A stretch of DNA of 64,000 bases from Alphaproteobacteria bacterium. GTDB lineage: Bacteria; Pseudomonadota; Alphaproteobacteria; CAAGCB01; CAG-977. Position numbers and translations under genes: made by a program. How positions within the stretch are numbered: position 1 is the stretch's first letter; every line of letters starts with the position of its first letter. This document shows, one piece after another, positions 52,301-61,862 of the stretch. The notes beneath the pieces were generated by a model. That model saw only the letters and a program-made list of their open reading frames with translations, had not been told where the DNA came from and ran no database searches. The stretch is taken from assembly GCA_024407875.1 (NCBI GenBank), contig JAKSVT010000003.1, positions 19,563 to 83,562 of the forward strand, written 5' to 3'.

Positions 52301-53167
52301 CTATAATTGTTCTAAAGGAGCTGGAAAGCCACCAATAACTTTTGTTAATATTACTTTGTCTTCAGATTTCTTTTTGATTTCTAATAAACGATTATCTTCA
52401 TCATTTATGTATTCATCAATTTCAAATAAATAGGCTTTTCTCATCATATCTGGAGCAAATGTGTCATAGATAGCATTTGTTGGAAGGCCTACGGATTTAA
52501 TTAATAAATCTAATGTTGATAAACTAATTGTTCCATCAGTTTCAACTACTAACAAAGATCTATCATTTCCACTTGATTCAAAAGGCATTTTTGAAACACC
52601 AAAAATAGTGTTTCCTTCAGCAATCTTGATGCCGGTATTAGTTATAGGTAATTTAACAAATACAGATAAAATACGTTGAATATCATGTGATAATGCATAC
52701 CACCAACAATTTGAATCTTCATTTAAGGAAACAATTCCGACATTAGCGTCATTTGTTTCAAGCATTTTGAAAACCATATTAATAGATCTGCAAGGAATAT
52801 AAGCAGACTTTGTTCCAAAATAAGGCTTAGCTAATTCTAATGTTTTGCTTTTTCCTCGTTCAGATACAAAAACTGCTACGTTCATTTGTGTTTGTAAATT
52901 AACACTACTGCTTATAATTTCTCTCCAAATGCGAATCATTGTATCTTTATCTAAAGAATCGCCAGATTTTCCCCATAAACGTCTCATAATTTGAGCCTCT
53001 CTTGCATGTCTTAATGCAAAAGATGTATTGTTTTTTGTTTGTCCTATTTTTTTAGAGACGTTTGTTCTTTCAATTAATAAAGAAAGAATAGAATCATCAA
53101 TTTGATCGATTTTATTGCGTAATTCTGCCAATTGCTGTTCGTTAGAATTTAATTCAATTTCGTTCAT
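52301..53167 (-). CDS. Chorismate mutase (AroQ domain + C-terminal extension)
   Basis: LAELRNKIDQIDDSILSLLIER, REAQIMRRL, IWREIIS; upstream of hisC as in alphaproteobacteria. Confidence 0.82.
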   Translation of the reverse strand: MNEIELNSNEQQLAELRNKIDQIDDSILSLLIERTNVSKKIGQTKNNTSFALRHAREAQIMRRLWGKSGDSLDKDTMIRIWREIISSSVNLQTQMNVAVFVSERGKSKTLELAKPYFGTKSAYIPCRSINMVFKMLETNDANVGIVSLNEDSNCWWYALSHDIQRILSVFVKLPITNTGIKIAEGNTIFGVSKMPFESSGNDRSLLVVETDGTISLSTLDLLIKSVGLPTNAIYDTFAPDMMRKAYLFEIDEYINDEDNRLLEIKKKSEDKVILTKVIGGFPAPLEQL

Positions 53168-53251
53168 TAATTAAGCCTTTATGATTTTACTTTATTTTCT
53201 GTTTCAATTTTGTATGTTATATACCACGATTTATAAAAAAATGGCACAAAA

Positions 53252-53617
53252 ATGGAAAATAAAATTAAAAATAGTTTAGAATTAATAGGGAAAGATGAAT
53301 TCCTTTCGCTTGTGAAGTTTAATGATATGGGATTAGTTCCTGTTATAGCTCAGCAACATGATACCGGAGATGTGCTAATGATGGCTTGGGCAAATAAAGA
53401 AGCTTTAATTGAAACTATTGAAACAAAGCGTATGTGCTATTATTCTAGATCAAGAAAAGAATTTTGGAGAAAAGGCGATACTTCAGGACATATCCAAAAA
53501 ATGATTGATTTATATATCGATTGTGATGGAGATACTATTTTAGCGAAAATAGATCAAGTAGGAGCTGCCTGTCATACAAATAACCGTAGTTGCTTTTATA
53601 GAAAATTGGATAAATAG
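53252..53617 (+). CDS. hisI: Phosphoribosyl-AMP cyclohydrolase
   Basis: YYSRSR..WRKGDTSG, DCDGD, ACHT...CF. Confidence 0.95.
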   Translation: MENKIKNSLELIGKDEFLSLVKFNDMGLVPVIAQQHDTGDVLMMAWANKEALIETIETKRMCYYSRSRKEFWRKGDTSGHIQKMIDLYIDCDGDTILAKIDQVGAACHTNNRSCFYRKLDK

Positions 53618-53626
53618 GAGCTAAAA

Positions 53627-54820
53627 ATGACTGCATTAATTGAAGCTGCAAAAAAAGGCGATTTAGCTGAAATTATGAAATTGTGCAGAGAAAAATGTGA
53701 TATTAATGCTGGGGATGAAAACGGCACTACGGCATTGATGTTCGTTTCAATGTTTTGTCAGGATGTGATTATTTATGACGCTTTGATAACTGCTGGTGCA
53801 GATGTTAATGCAAAACAAGCTCAAGGCTTAACCCCTTTATTCTTTGCTGCATCAAAAGCTCAAAATGTTAGCGTAATAGAAAAGCTTTTATCTAAAGGTG
53901 CAAATATTAATGCTGTAGACAATGTAGGCTCTACGCCTTTAATGTATGCTTGTATGATGAATTCTAATTTGGAAATAACAGAAAAATTATTAGAGTATGG
54001 TGCTAAATTAGAAGCTGTTGATCAAAATGGAATGTCTGCTTTAATGTGGGCGTGTAAAGAGAATTCTAATCCTGATATTTGTGCGTTGCTTGTTGGCGAA
54101 GGTGCAGATGTTCGTCAAAGAGAGCCAAAATTTGGAGCAACACCATTAATGATGGCTGCAAAATATAATCCAAATCCAAAAATGATTACCACTCTAATTA
54201 TGCAAGGAGCAAAAGTTAATAGGGCAACTTTAAATGGATTTACTCCTTTAATGTTAGCTGCGGGATTAAATCCAAGTTCAGAAATTGTTGAAACTTTATT
54301 AAGTGTTGGTGCCAATCCTGATATGAAAAATATTAATGGCGAAAATGCCTTAATGATTACTGTTCAAAATAAAGCGGATCCTTCCTTGATAAAAGCTTTT
54401 GCAAAAACAAAAATGGATTTAGAAGCTAAAAATAAGGTTGGCTCAACAGCTTTAATTCAATGTGCTATGATGAACCCAAATCCAGAAATGACATTGGCTT
54501 TGATTAAAGCTGGAGCTGACGTTAAAGCAACAGATGATATGATTGGTGCAACACCATTTATTTGGGCTTGTGCAAAAAATACAAATCCAGAAGTGTTAAA
54601 CGTTTTATTATCAAATGGTTCTCATCTTTATGAAACATCAAATGATGGAAAAAATGGATTAATGGCTGCAGCTGGTTCAAATCCAAATCCTGAAATAGTA
54701 GCGTTTTTATTAAGTAAAGGTATGAATACACAATTTACAGATAGAAATGGAGCAAAAGCCGTTGATTTTGCTAGATCTAATCCAAATTTGTTTAATACAG
54801 ATGTTTACTGGAAATTGTAA
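53627..54820 (+). CDS. Ankyrin repeat protein
   Basis: About 11 repeats of G.TPLM.A...N.NP.I...L...GA.VN. Confidence 0.93.
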   Translation: MTALIEAAKKGDLAEIMKLCREKCDINAGDENGTTALMFVSMFCQDVIIYDALITAGADVNAKQAQGLTPLFFAASKAQNVSVIEKLLSKGANINAVDNVGSTPLMYACMMNSNLEITEKLLEYGAKLEAVDQNGMSALMWACKENSNPDICALLVGEGADVRQREPKFGATPLMMAAKYNPNPKMITTLIMQGAKVNRATLNGFTPLMLAAGLNPSSEIVETLLSVGANPDMKNINGENALMITVQNKADPSLIKAFAKTKMDLEAKNKVGSTALIQCAMMNPNPEMTLALIKAGADVKATDDMIGATPFIWACAKNTNPEVLNVLLSNGSHLYETSNDGKNGLMAAAGSNPNPEIVAFLLSKGMNTQFTDRNGAKAVDFARSNPNLFNTDVYWKL

Positions 54821-54911
54821 AATTATTGACGAAAATTATAAATAATTCTTGAAATTTTTTGTCTAAAATATATAATAAACTAAAATATTACGTAATTTTA
54901 GGGTTAAATAT

Positions 54912-56207
54912 ATGTCAGAAAACGTTTCAGAATTCTTTTCTAAAGAAAAAGTTCAAAAGTTTACAAATGGTGCAAAATCTCTAGCAGATCGTTCCAAAAA
55001 AAGAGCTGCTACAATAGGCATGGTTTTAGCTACAGCATTCACTATTGGTTCTTGTGGTATGCATGCTAGTGCTCATATTGATGAAGGAAAAATTGATGTA
55101 AAAACTGATACAGTTGAAACGGTTGACTATTCAAAACCTACAACAGCTTATGCTATTACAGAAAAAGGTGATACACTTTGTTCTTATCAAGCTATTCCTC
55201 AAGATAGTGCATCTTTTGCCAAGCTTCAAGGGCTAGTAAATTCTGCTACTAAGAGTAAAACAGGTTGTTCTATTATTGAATCGATTTCAAAGCAAGGGAC
55301 AACATTAACGATTGAAAAAGCAGATTCAACGGTAGTTGGATATTTTGATCCAAGTAGTAACGCTATTGTTTTAAACCCTATATTTGGTGATGCAACTCTT
55401 CAATCATGCTTAGCTCATGAAGGAAAGCATTCTGTTCAATCACATGATTTTAATAAAGATGCTGATGCATTTTATTCATTTAAAGCAAATACTATTATTA
55501 CACGTGCAATGGAAGCAGATGCTGTTGCTAATCAAACAAAGTTTTCTTATGAAATGATGCAAGCAGGAGATTCTTTAGCTTGGAAAGATTTGGAAAAATC
55601 TCATGGTGGAATTACCAAGACATTTGAAGAAAATGCAAAGAAATATGGTGTTGATGCTAAAGAAACCATGAAAGAAACAATGTTAGCTTGGTATGATGAT
55701 ATTCCATATAGCTCTTTGTATGATCAATCAATGGTAGATTTCTATGCTGCAGCATCTAAAAAATTAGATAAAGATGTTTTACCTTATGCATTTACACAAT
55801 CAGTTAATGCAGATAGTGTTGTTGTAAATATTTGCAAAGTTAATGGTGAATCATATGCGGGAACAGACGGTTCTATTTTAACACAGCCAAGAACATTATC
55901 ATTAACCCCAGAAATGTTTGTAGCGACACAAGCAATTGCTGCTTATCAACAGGAAAAATGTGGCAAATGTGATACATCTTCTAATGATATGTATGTTGTT
56001 TATGAAGGTAAACCAACAAGCATAACATATACAGTTTTGTTAGATAGTATGTCAAAAGAAAAAGGAGCTGAGTCTAAAGTTTCAACAAATGAAGAAATAA
56101 GTGCTCAAACACAAAAACAATTGAAAAAACTTGAAGTTGCTGAAAATAAATCATCAACAATTTCTTTTGCAAAAGCAGCTTTGAATAAAAAATATTCAAG
56201 AGGTTAA
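54912..56207 (+). CDS. Putative zinc metallopeptidase (HExxH, DUF6782-like) with N-terminal hydrophobic segment
   Basis: GYF....N.IVLN, HEGKH, RAMEADA, AWY; paralogous to 26406 and 27544. Confidence 0.65.
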   Translation: MSENVSEFFSKEKVQKFTNGAKSLADRSKKRAATIGMVLATAFTIGSCGMHASAHIDEGKIDVKTDTVETVDYSKPTTAYAITEKGDTLCSYQAIPQDSASFAKLQGLVNSATKSKTGCSIIESISKQGTTLTIEKADSTVVGYFDPSSNAIVLNPIFGDATLQSCLAHEGKHSVQSHDFNKDADAFYSFKANTIITRAMEADAVANQTKFSYEMMQAGDSLAWKDLEKSHGGITKTFEENAKKYGVDAKETMKETMLAWYDDIPYSSLYDQSMVDFYAAASKKLDKDVLPYAFTQSVNADSVVVNICKVNGESYAGTDGSILTQPRTLSLTPEMFVATQAIAAYQQEKCGKCDTSSNDMYVVYEGKPTSITYTVLLDSMSKEKGAESKVSTNEEISAQTQKQLKKLEVAENKSSTISFAKAALNKKYSRG

Positions 56208-56290
56208 TTTATAAAAATTAGAAATAGTTTTTAAGCTTTTGAAAATTTGAGATTGTTTTAGCTTTACTTTTTAAGAAAAATTTTTTTAAT

Positions 56291-56320
56291 TAAATGACAT
56301 TTGAAATATAATGTCATTTA
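56291..56320. promoter_or_regulatory. Perfect 11-bp inverted repeat upstream of the 5'-nucleotidase
   Basis: TAAATGACATT-8 nt-AATGTCATTTA overlapping TATAAT. Confidence 0.45.
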
Positions 56321-56341
56321 CTATTTTATGTAGGTGTTAAG

Positions 56342-57850
56342 ATGAAAATTAGATTATTTGTTTTGTTATTTATAAGTTTGTTTTTTTGTCCTTTAAAATC
56401 TTATGGAAATACAAATATAACATTATTACATACAAATGATCTCCATTCTCATTTGCTCCCCATTGATGAAAAAGGAAATGATTGTTCAAAAGGAGAAAAT
56501 TGTTTAGGCGGATTTTTGAGATTAAAAACATTTATTGATGAAGAAAGAAAAATAGATCCAAATTTAATATTATTAGACGCTGGAGATAGATTTTATGGGT
56601 CTATATTTTTTACTTTAAATAAAGAAAAAAACTTATCTCCTATTTTTAAAGAACTAAATTATGATGTGATTACATTAGGTAATCACGAATTTGACGAAGA
56701 CTTGTCAGTATTAGCTAATTTTATTAAAGATACAAATACTCCAACAGTTTGTTCAAATATTAACTTTAAAACTAATGATTTTCTAAAAAAGAATGTTGTT
56801 CCATCAATAATAATTAATAAGAATGGTAATAAAATAGGCGTTATTGGAGTAACAACACAAGAGGCAAAATTATCATTACAAAAAGAAGAATTTGATATTT
56901 TGGATGCAAAAGAAAAAATAAAAGAACAAGTTGAAAATTTATCTAATCAAGGCGTTTCTATTATTATATTATTAAGCCATTTAGGACTAAATGTAGATTT
57001 GGAAATTGCAGAACAAATTTCTAATATTGATGTTATTGTTGGTGGACATACTCATAATTTATTATCAAATACTATTGAACCAAATGATGGTAAATATCCT
57101 TTATTTGCTGAGCATGAAGATAAGAGTAAAACGCTGGTTATTACTAGTGGTGCTTTAAGCAGATATGTGGGAAAAATAAAATTAGAATTCAATGACGATG
57201 GTAAAATTTTATCATTTAAAGGGGATACAATAGCGTTAGATGATAAGATTGGAAATAATAAAAAGATTGATGAATTAATAGGTGCAGATTTAAAAGAAAT
57301 ACAAAATACTATAACTGAAAAAATAGCAACTATTAATGAAGATATTAATTTTAGTGAAGGTAAAAATTATTGTTCCGTAAATTGTCCAATAGGAAAGTTT
57401 GTTGCTAATGCTATTCTTAAGATGGAAAATGTAGATATTGTATTTATAAATTCAGGATCTATAAGAGCTCCGTTAAAAAAAGGTGAAGTGATTTATAGAA
57501 ATTTATTTGAAGTATTACCGTTTGATGGTGTTCTAGTTAAAATCAGAATGAGCGGAAAAGAAATTATAGAATATATTGAAGCTGGACTAAGAAAATATTC
57601 TGATGAGTATCGTACAAATGCTTTATTACAAATGGCTGGTGGTGATTATGATTTTGATTTAAAAACTAAAAAAGTAAAGTCAGTAAATGTTGCATCTAAA
57701 GAAATAGATTTAAATAAAGTATATACGGTAATCGTTCCTAAATATATTGCTTTAGGAGGAGATAGCTTTCCTAAAAAAGAAATTTATGAAACTTTAAAAA
57801 ATACTGCTAACGTTTATTTGAAACAAAATCTAAAAAATTTGAGTAAATAG
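56342..57850 (+). CDS. Periplasmic 5'-nucleotidase / UDP-sugar hydrolase
   Basis: Signal peptide, HTNDLH, LDAGD, LGNHEFD, LSHLG, GGHTH, NSGSIR. Confidence 0.92.
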   Translation: MKIRLFVLLFISLFFCPLKSYGNTNITLLHTNDLHSHLLPIDEKGNDCSKGENCLGGFLRLKTFIDEERKIDPNLILLDAGDRFYGSIFFTLNKEKNLSPIFKELNYDVITLGNHEFDEDLSVLANFIKDTNTPTVCSNINFKTNDFLKKNVVPSIIINKNGNKIGVIGVTTQEAKLSLQKEEFDILDAKEKIKEQVENLSNQGVSIIILLSHLGLNVDLEIAEQISNIDVIVGGHTHNLLSNTIEPNDGKYPLFAEHEDKSKTLVITSGALSRYVGKIKLEFNDDGKILSFKGDTIALDDKIGNNKKIDELIGADLKEIQNTITEKIATINEDINFSEGKNYCSVNCPIGKFVANAILKMENVDIVFINSGSIRAPLKKGEVIYRNLFEVLPFDGVLVKIRMSGKEIIEYIEAGLRKYSDEYRTNALLQMAGGDYDFDLKTKKVKSVNVASKEIDLNKVYTVIVPKYIALGGDSFPKKEIYETLKNTANVYLKQNLKNLSK

Positions 57851-57859
57851 ATATTATTC

Positions 57860-59074
57860 TTACCTTTTAGGTTTCCAACGAGTAAAATGAGGCTTAGTAA
57901 TTGTATTGCTGTTAAAGATACTTTCTATTTTTAATTCCTCTTCATGTGTAGAGTTGTTTTGAATTTCTTGCTTTGGAACTTCTTTTTCTTTTGCTTGAAA
58001 ATTTGTATTATCCAAACTTTTTTCTGATGAATTAAATATATCTTCCTCCCATACTTTTCTGCCAGTTAACACCTCAACACCTAAATTAAAATAATGCTCA
58101 TATCGTTCTTTTAGTTTTCTTGTTCCTCCTTTATGCAATGCACACATTAATAATGTTTGACAAATTCCATTTGGCAATAATGGCTTAGGAGTTCTAACTA
58201 TATTTTTCCCTTCTGGTGTTAAATTACCACCACCCCAAAATGCTGATAAAGATAATAAGCCTTCTGGTTTATCTGGACATTTATTTCCTAAATCTAAACA
58301 TATTTTAGAGTTTGTTTCGTCAGGAGAAACAATCCAAGCATATACAGCTTCTAATATTTCTTTTGATAATTTTTTTTCAGTTTCTAAATCTTCTGGAGGT
58401 ATTACAGTATGTATTGTATCAAGGGTTTCTTTTCTGATAGTCTGTAATCGTTCTTTCATCTTATCAACTTCTTGGAAAATTGGACTGTTCATATCCAAAT
58501 TTCCTTCTTCTCTTTGACGGGCAAGTTTTTTGCCAGCTATTTCTATGAGTTCCATTGGAGAGTATCCATGAACTTTTTTAAATTCATCGTAGAAAATATT
58601 TAAGTATTTTTCAGTTAAAGCCAATAATTCAGGATCGCATTTTTCACGCATCTTTTGAATATCATTTTGCATTTTAGAAATACTATCATTATATTCTTTT
58701 TCCTGTGTAGCATTTGGTTTTAAAGGTTCAACTTTTGCAAAATCAGGGACTGTGGGCTTAAATGAAGTGCCAATTTGATCAATATCAATACTTGGAGCAG
58801 GAACTTCTTGAAGTTCATCTTTTAATGATTTTACGCATAAATAAGCCCACCAAACAACAGATCTAGTGTGTGCGATATAGGCCATTAATTCGCAAGCACA
58901 TTTAAACCTTTTAGCTTCAGCAAAATCCCAAACTATTTTTTCCGCATTTTCTGTGCCATAAAATGATTTTAAATCAGGGCGTATTTCATAGTTTTCTTCA
59001 TTAATAATATCATTAATTTTTGTATATTTAATAGCAACAAAATGCTTGTTTAACCATTCTAACTTATCACTCAT
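57860..59074 (-). CDS. DUF6931-like protein (VgrG-associated family) with helical insertion
   Basis: R..VWWAY.C, AVYAWI..PDE.N, AFWGGGNL.P motifs recalled for this family. Confidence 0.55.
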   Translation of the reverse strand: MSDKLEWLNKHFVAIKYTKINDIINEENYEIRPDLKSFYGTENAEKIVWDFAEAKRFKCACELMAYIAHTRSVVWWAYLCVKSLKDELQEVPAPSIDIDQIGTSFKPTVPDFAKVEPLKPNATQEKEYNDSISKMQNDIQKMREKCDPELLALTEKYLNIFYDEFKKVHGYSPMELIEIAGKKLARQREEGNLDMNSPIFQEVDKMKERLQTIRKETLDTIHTVIPPEDLETEKKLSKEILEAVYAWIVSPDETNSKICLDLGNKCPDKPEGLLSLSAFWGGGNLTPEGKNIVRTPKPLLPNGICQTLLMCALHKGGTRKLKERYEHYFNLGVEVLTGRKVWEEDIFNSSEKSLDNTNFQAKEKEVPKQEIQNNSTHEEELKIESIFNSNTITKPHFTRWKPKR

Positions 59075-59091
59075 TTATTTTAATCCTATCA

Positions 59092-59475
59092 TCAAGTCAT
59101 CTTTAATGCTTTAGTTTCAATATCACAAGCACCGGCTTTTGTTCTAGCTGCTGTTGCACCAGTTTCTGCAGCTGTGGCTTCAGCAGTTGAAGCAAGAGCT
59201 TCGGTTTCATTGGCTTTAATTTTACCTTCTGTTCCATTAACTCCATCTTTTGCAATTTTGCCTTCAGTTTCATTTCCTGCAACTTCAACTTTACTGATTG
59301 TATTATCATCATCTGTAGGCTTTACGGCAATATCACCTGTTAAATCTTTTCGTTGGTAATTTGTTGTAATATATTTTGCAAGTCCAGCAGTTATCCCAAC
59401 GACAGCAGCTGTTGTGATGGCACTCGTAATTATAGGCATAATTGTAGATTTAAAAGTTTCTTCTGTATCTGACAT
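59092..59475 (-). CDS. Small protein with hydrophobic N-terminal helix and 7-residue repeats
   Basis: ISKVEVA-GNETEGK-IAKDGVN-GTEGKIK-ANETEAL-ASTAEAT-AAETGAT-AARTKAG. Confidence 0.65.
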   Translation of the reverse strand: MSDTEETFKSTIMPIITSAITTAAVVGITAGLAKYITTNYQRKDLTGDIAVKPTDDDNTISKVEVAGNETEGKIAKDGVNGTEGKIKANETEALASTAEATAAETGATAARTKAGACDIETKALKMT

Positions 59476-59477
59476 GA

Positions 59478-61166
59478 TTAAAGCTCCTGTAATTCGTTAA
59501 GTGTTTCGCAATTAGTTAAATACGTCATATAAGCTCCTACGCCTACACCAATAGCTGCAGTAGCGCCTACACTTAAAATAAGTTTTCTATAGTCTATTAA
59601 GCCACCTTTTTGAATTGCTGCAATAGGTGAAGCAGCATCACTTTTAGAAACCCCAACATGTTGAATATCTTTTGATAAAATCATTGTTTTTGCATCACCA
59701 GTTAACGCAAATACGTTTTGGTATAAAGCTCCATCGGCACTATATGCAGATATAAGAGCTAAAAATGTTGCAAGTAAAGAATATTCAATAGTGCAGTTAA
59801 TAGTGTTTATTGAATCGTAATATGCTTGAGAACCTGTTCTTTTTTTCTTCTCGGGAACAAGTGTATCTATTGTTAAATAAATGATCGGCAAAATAGTGAA
59901 TATGTTTTCCATAATAGATAAAACATTGCCAATTGTATCTTCAGCATCAGTTGTATCATTAGTTAATCCCATATTTTGATTTTCAATAAATTGAGTTCTT
60001 ATAAAATCGCCAATTTGTTGTAAAAGTATAGACTTGTCATTGTATTTGTAGATGGCTCTACTTGCTGAACCATGCTCGCCATTTCGCTTTGCTCCAAGAG
60101 CTAATCCAAGAGAAGTAACGGTTTCAGTACCTCTCATTGCTGCAATAACTGCTTTTTTAACATGATCTAAAGCGCAATTTGTTACAACTCTATAATCGTG
60201 AGTGTTAATTCTTGTTGCACCGCCAAATGAAGATATTGCTCCTCCCATTTGTTCAGAAATGCTATATTTGATAGCAGCTTCCATATTAATCTGATTACCT
60301 GTAACAGAAACGCCACTTAAAGGACTAATCGTAATAGAAGAATCATCAGGAACTGGGTAAACAGATGAAATTTTTCCGGATTTTAATTTTATACCTGTGT
60401 CATCAATTGTAATAGTTGATCTGCCACATCTAATTTCTATTCCTTTGTCAGCAGCTAAAACAATTTTATTGCTAGCTCTAACTTGGACATCACCTTTTGA
60501 AAAATATGGAATAGCATCTTTAGTGTCTAAAGGCAATTCGCTAAGTCCATTATTTTCTTTAGTTGTATCAGTTGATTGTATTGTTTCTTTTAATTTACTA
60601 AGACTTTCATCAACCCCAGCATAAATACCAATACGTGATGCGTTTACTTCGTTATAATTTTCAGCTTTGTTTATTATATCTCCAGAGGACGCAATATCTA
60701 TTCTATCCATTTGAGGAAATTCAGATGAAGTGTTTTTCTTTTCAGGCCAAAAAGTTTTTTCTGTTGAGAATTTAATTTCAGAATATTTTTTTTCTGTTTT
60801 TTTAGGATTTAAGTTTGGTGTCTTGTATCTTAAGATGAGACCTTGTTTTTCTTTCTCATCTTTTTCATCTTTGTTCTTTCTAAAATCATTGGCATCAACT
60901 TCTGGAATGTAAGCTATCAGATAGTATTCTTGGCCTTCAAATCCTACTAAAATTTTTTCACCAACTTTAGGAAGACGCATTAGGCCATTCATTTGTCCGC
61001 CAACAGGCATGGTTAAAGTAATATTGCATGGTTTTTGATCTTGGGAAGACGTTGCATAGAAAGTATAGAATTCACTTGTTGCATCTTTTAGAATGATTTC
61101 TCCTTTTTTTGTATCATACTTTCCATTTTTGTCACAAACGACCATTTTTAAGAGGTTGCGTTCCAT
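59478..61166 (-). CDS. gp5/gpV/VgrG-like spike protein lacking the gp27 hub, with C-terminal extension
   Basis: MPVGGQMNGLMRLPKVGEKILVGF (gp5 OB-fold), IVLAADKGIEIRCGRSTITIDDTGIKLKS (VgrG C-terminal beta repeats). Confidence 0.6.
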   Translation of the reverse strand: MERNLLKMVVCDKNGKYDTKKGEIILKDATSEFYTFYATSSQDQKPCNITLTMPVGGQMNGLMRLPKVGEKILVGFEGQEYYLIAYIPEVDANDFRKNKDEKDEKEKQGLILRYKTPNLNPKKTEKKYSEIKFSTEKTFWPEKKNTSSEFPQMDRIDIASSGDIINKAENYNEVNASRIGIYAGVDESLSKLKETIQSTDTTKENNGLSELPLDTKDAIPYFSKGDVQVRASNKIVLAADKGIEIRCGRSTITIDDTGIKLKSGKISSVYPVPDDSSITISPLSGVSVTGNQINMEAAIKYSISEQMGGAISSFGGATRINTHDYRVVTNCALDHVKKAVIAAMRGTETVTSLGLALGAKRNGEHGSASRAIYKYNDKSILLQQIGDFIRTQFIENQNMGLTNDTTDAEDTIGNVLSIMENIFTILPIIYLTIDTLVPEKKKRTGSQAYYDSINTINCTIEYSLLATFLALISAYSADGALYQNVFALTGDAKTMILSKDIQHVGVSKSDAASPIAAIQKGGLIDYRKLILSVGATAAIGVGVGAYMTYLTNCETLNELQEL

Positions 61167-61337
61167 ACATCTCTCCTATAATTAAATAAAAACGTGAGAT
61201 AATAACATTTAAGTAAAAAATATTAAATGTTTTTTATACAAATAATATTTTCTGTTAAGAAAACGAAAAAAAATTAAAATTGTTACAATAAAAATTTTGT
61301 TTTTGGGATTAAAATTATTGGAAGCATACTGTAACAT

Positions 61338-61364
61338 AAAAAGTCGCAGTTAACTGCGACTTTT
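61338..61364 (-). terminator. tRNA terminator
   Basis: AAAAGTCGCAGT/ACTGCGACTTTT perfect palindrome 3 nt after CCA. Confidence 0.85.
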
Positions 61365-61367
61365 AAA

Positions 61368-61444
61368 TGGTGATCTCGCCGGGATTCGAACTCGGGACCC
61401 ACAGCTTAGAAGGCTGTTGCTCTATCCAGCTGAGCTACGAGACC
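61368..61444 (-). tRNA. tRNA-Arg (anticodon UCU)
   Basis: GGTCTCGTAGCTCAGCTGGATAGAGCAACAGCCTTCTAAGCTGTGGGTCCCGAGTTCGAATCCCGGCGAGATCACCA folds as a cloverleaf with encoded CCA. Confidence 0.96.
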
Positions 61445-61502
61445 ACAACAGCTATTCTATTTAATATAAATGCTATTAAAACGCAAGAGTTATTTTTAAT
61501 AT

Positions 61503-61859
61503 TTAGTTTTTTTCGCTTACTAAATCTTCTGCACAACCTTTTAGTTCTTTTAAAGCATCTATAATAGTTAAGTTTCCATCAAAAGAATTTTCAATATAAT
61601 CGTCAATCATTGATTTGATTAATGGATTGTCATTGATTTCTTCAGGATGATCTATTAAATGATTTATTAAATCAAGAGCTTCTTTTAAAGGTAATTCAGG
61701 TTCATCACCTAATAATTCTGAAGCAACTCTATGTTGATGTTCTCTTTCAACTATTTGATTAACAATATCATTATAATCCCATTCTGGATGTTGCTCTACT
61801 AATCCACAAAAATCTTCTAAATCATCAGGAATACTACTTATTTTAGTATCTTTATCCAT
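61503..61859 (-). CDS. Hypothetical acidic protein
   Basis: 118 aa ORF 3 nt after the preceding gene; no recognised motif. Confidence 0.65.
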   Translation of the reverse strand: MDKDTKISSIPDDLEDFCGLVEQHPEWDYNDIVNQIVEREHQHRVASELLGDEPELPLKEALDLINHLIDHPEEINDNPLIKSMIDDYIENSFDGNLTIIDALKELKGCAEDLVSEKN

Positions 61860-61862
61860 AAA

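Noticed and set aside
57860-61444. tRNA-anchored genomic island or prophage
   Set aside because: No integrase, no duplicated tRNA 3' end seen, and the tRNA terminator is intact.
61367-61564. 65-aa plus-strand ORF
   Set aside because: Antisense shadow of tRNA-Arg.
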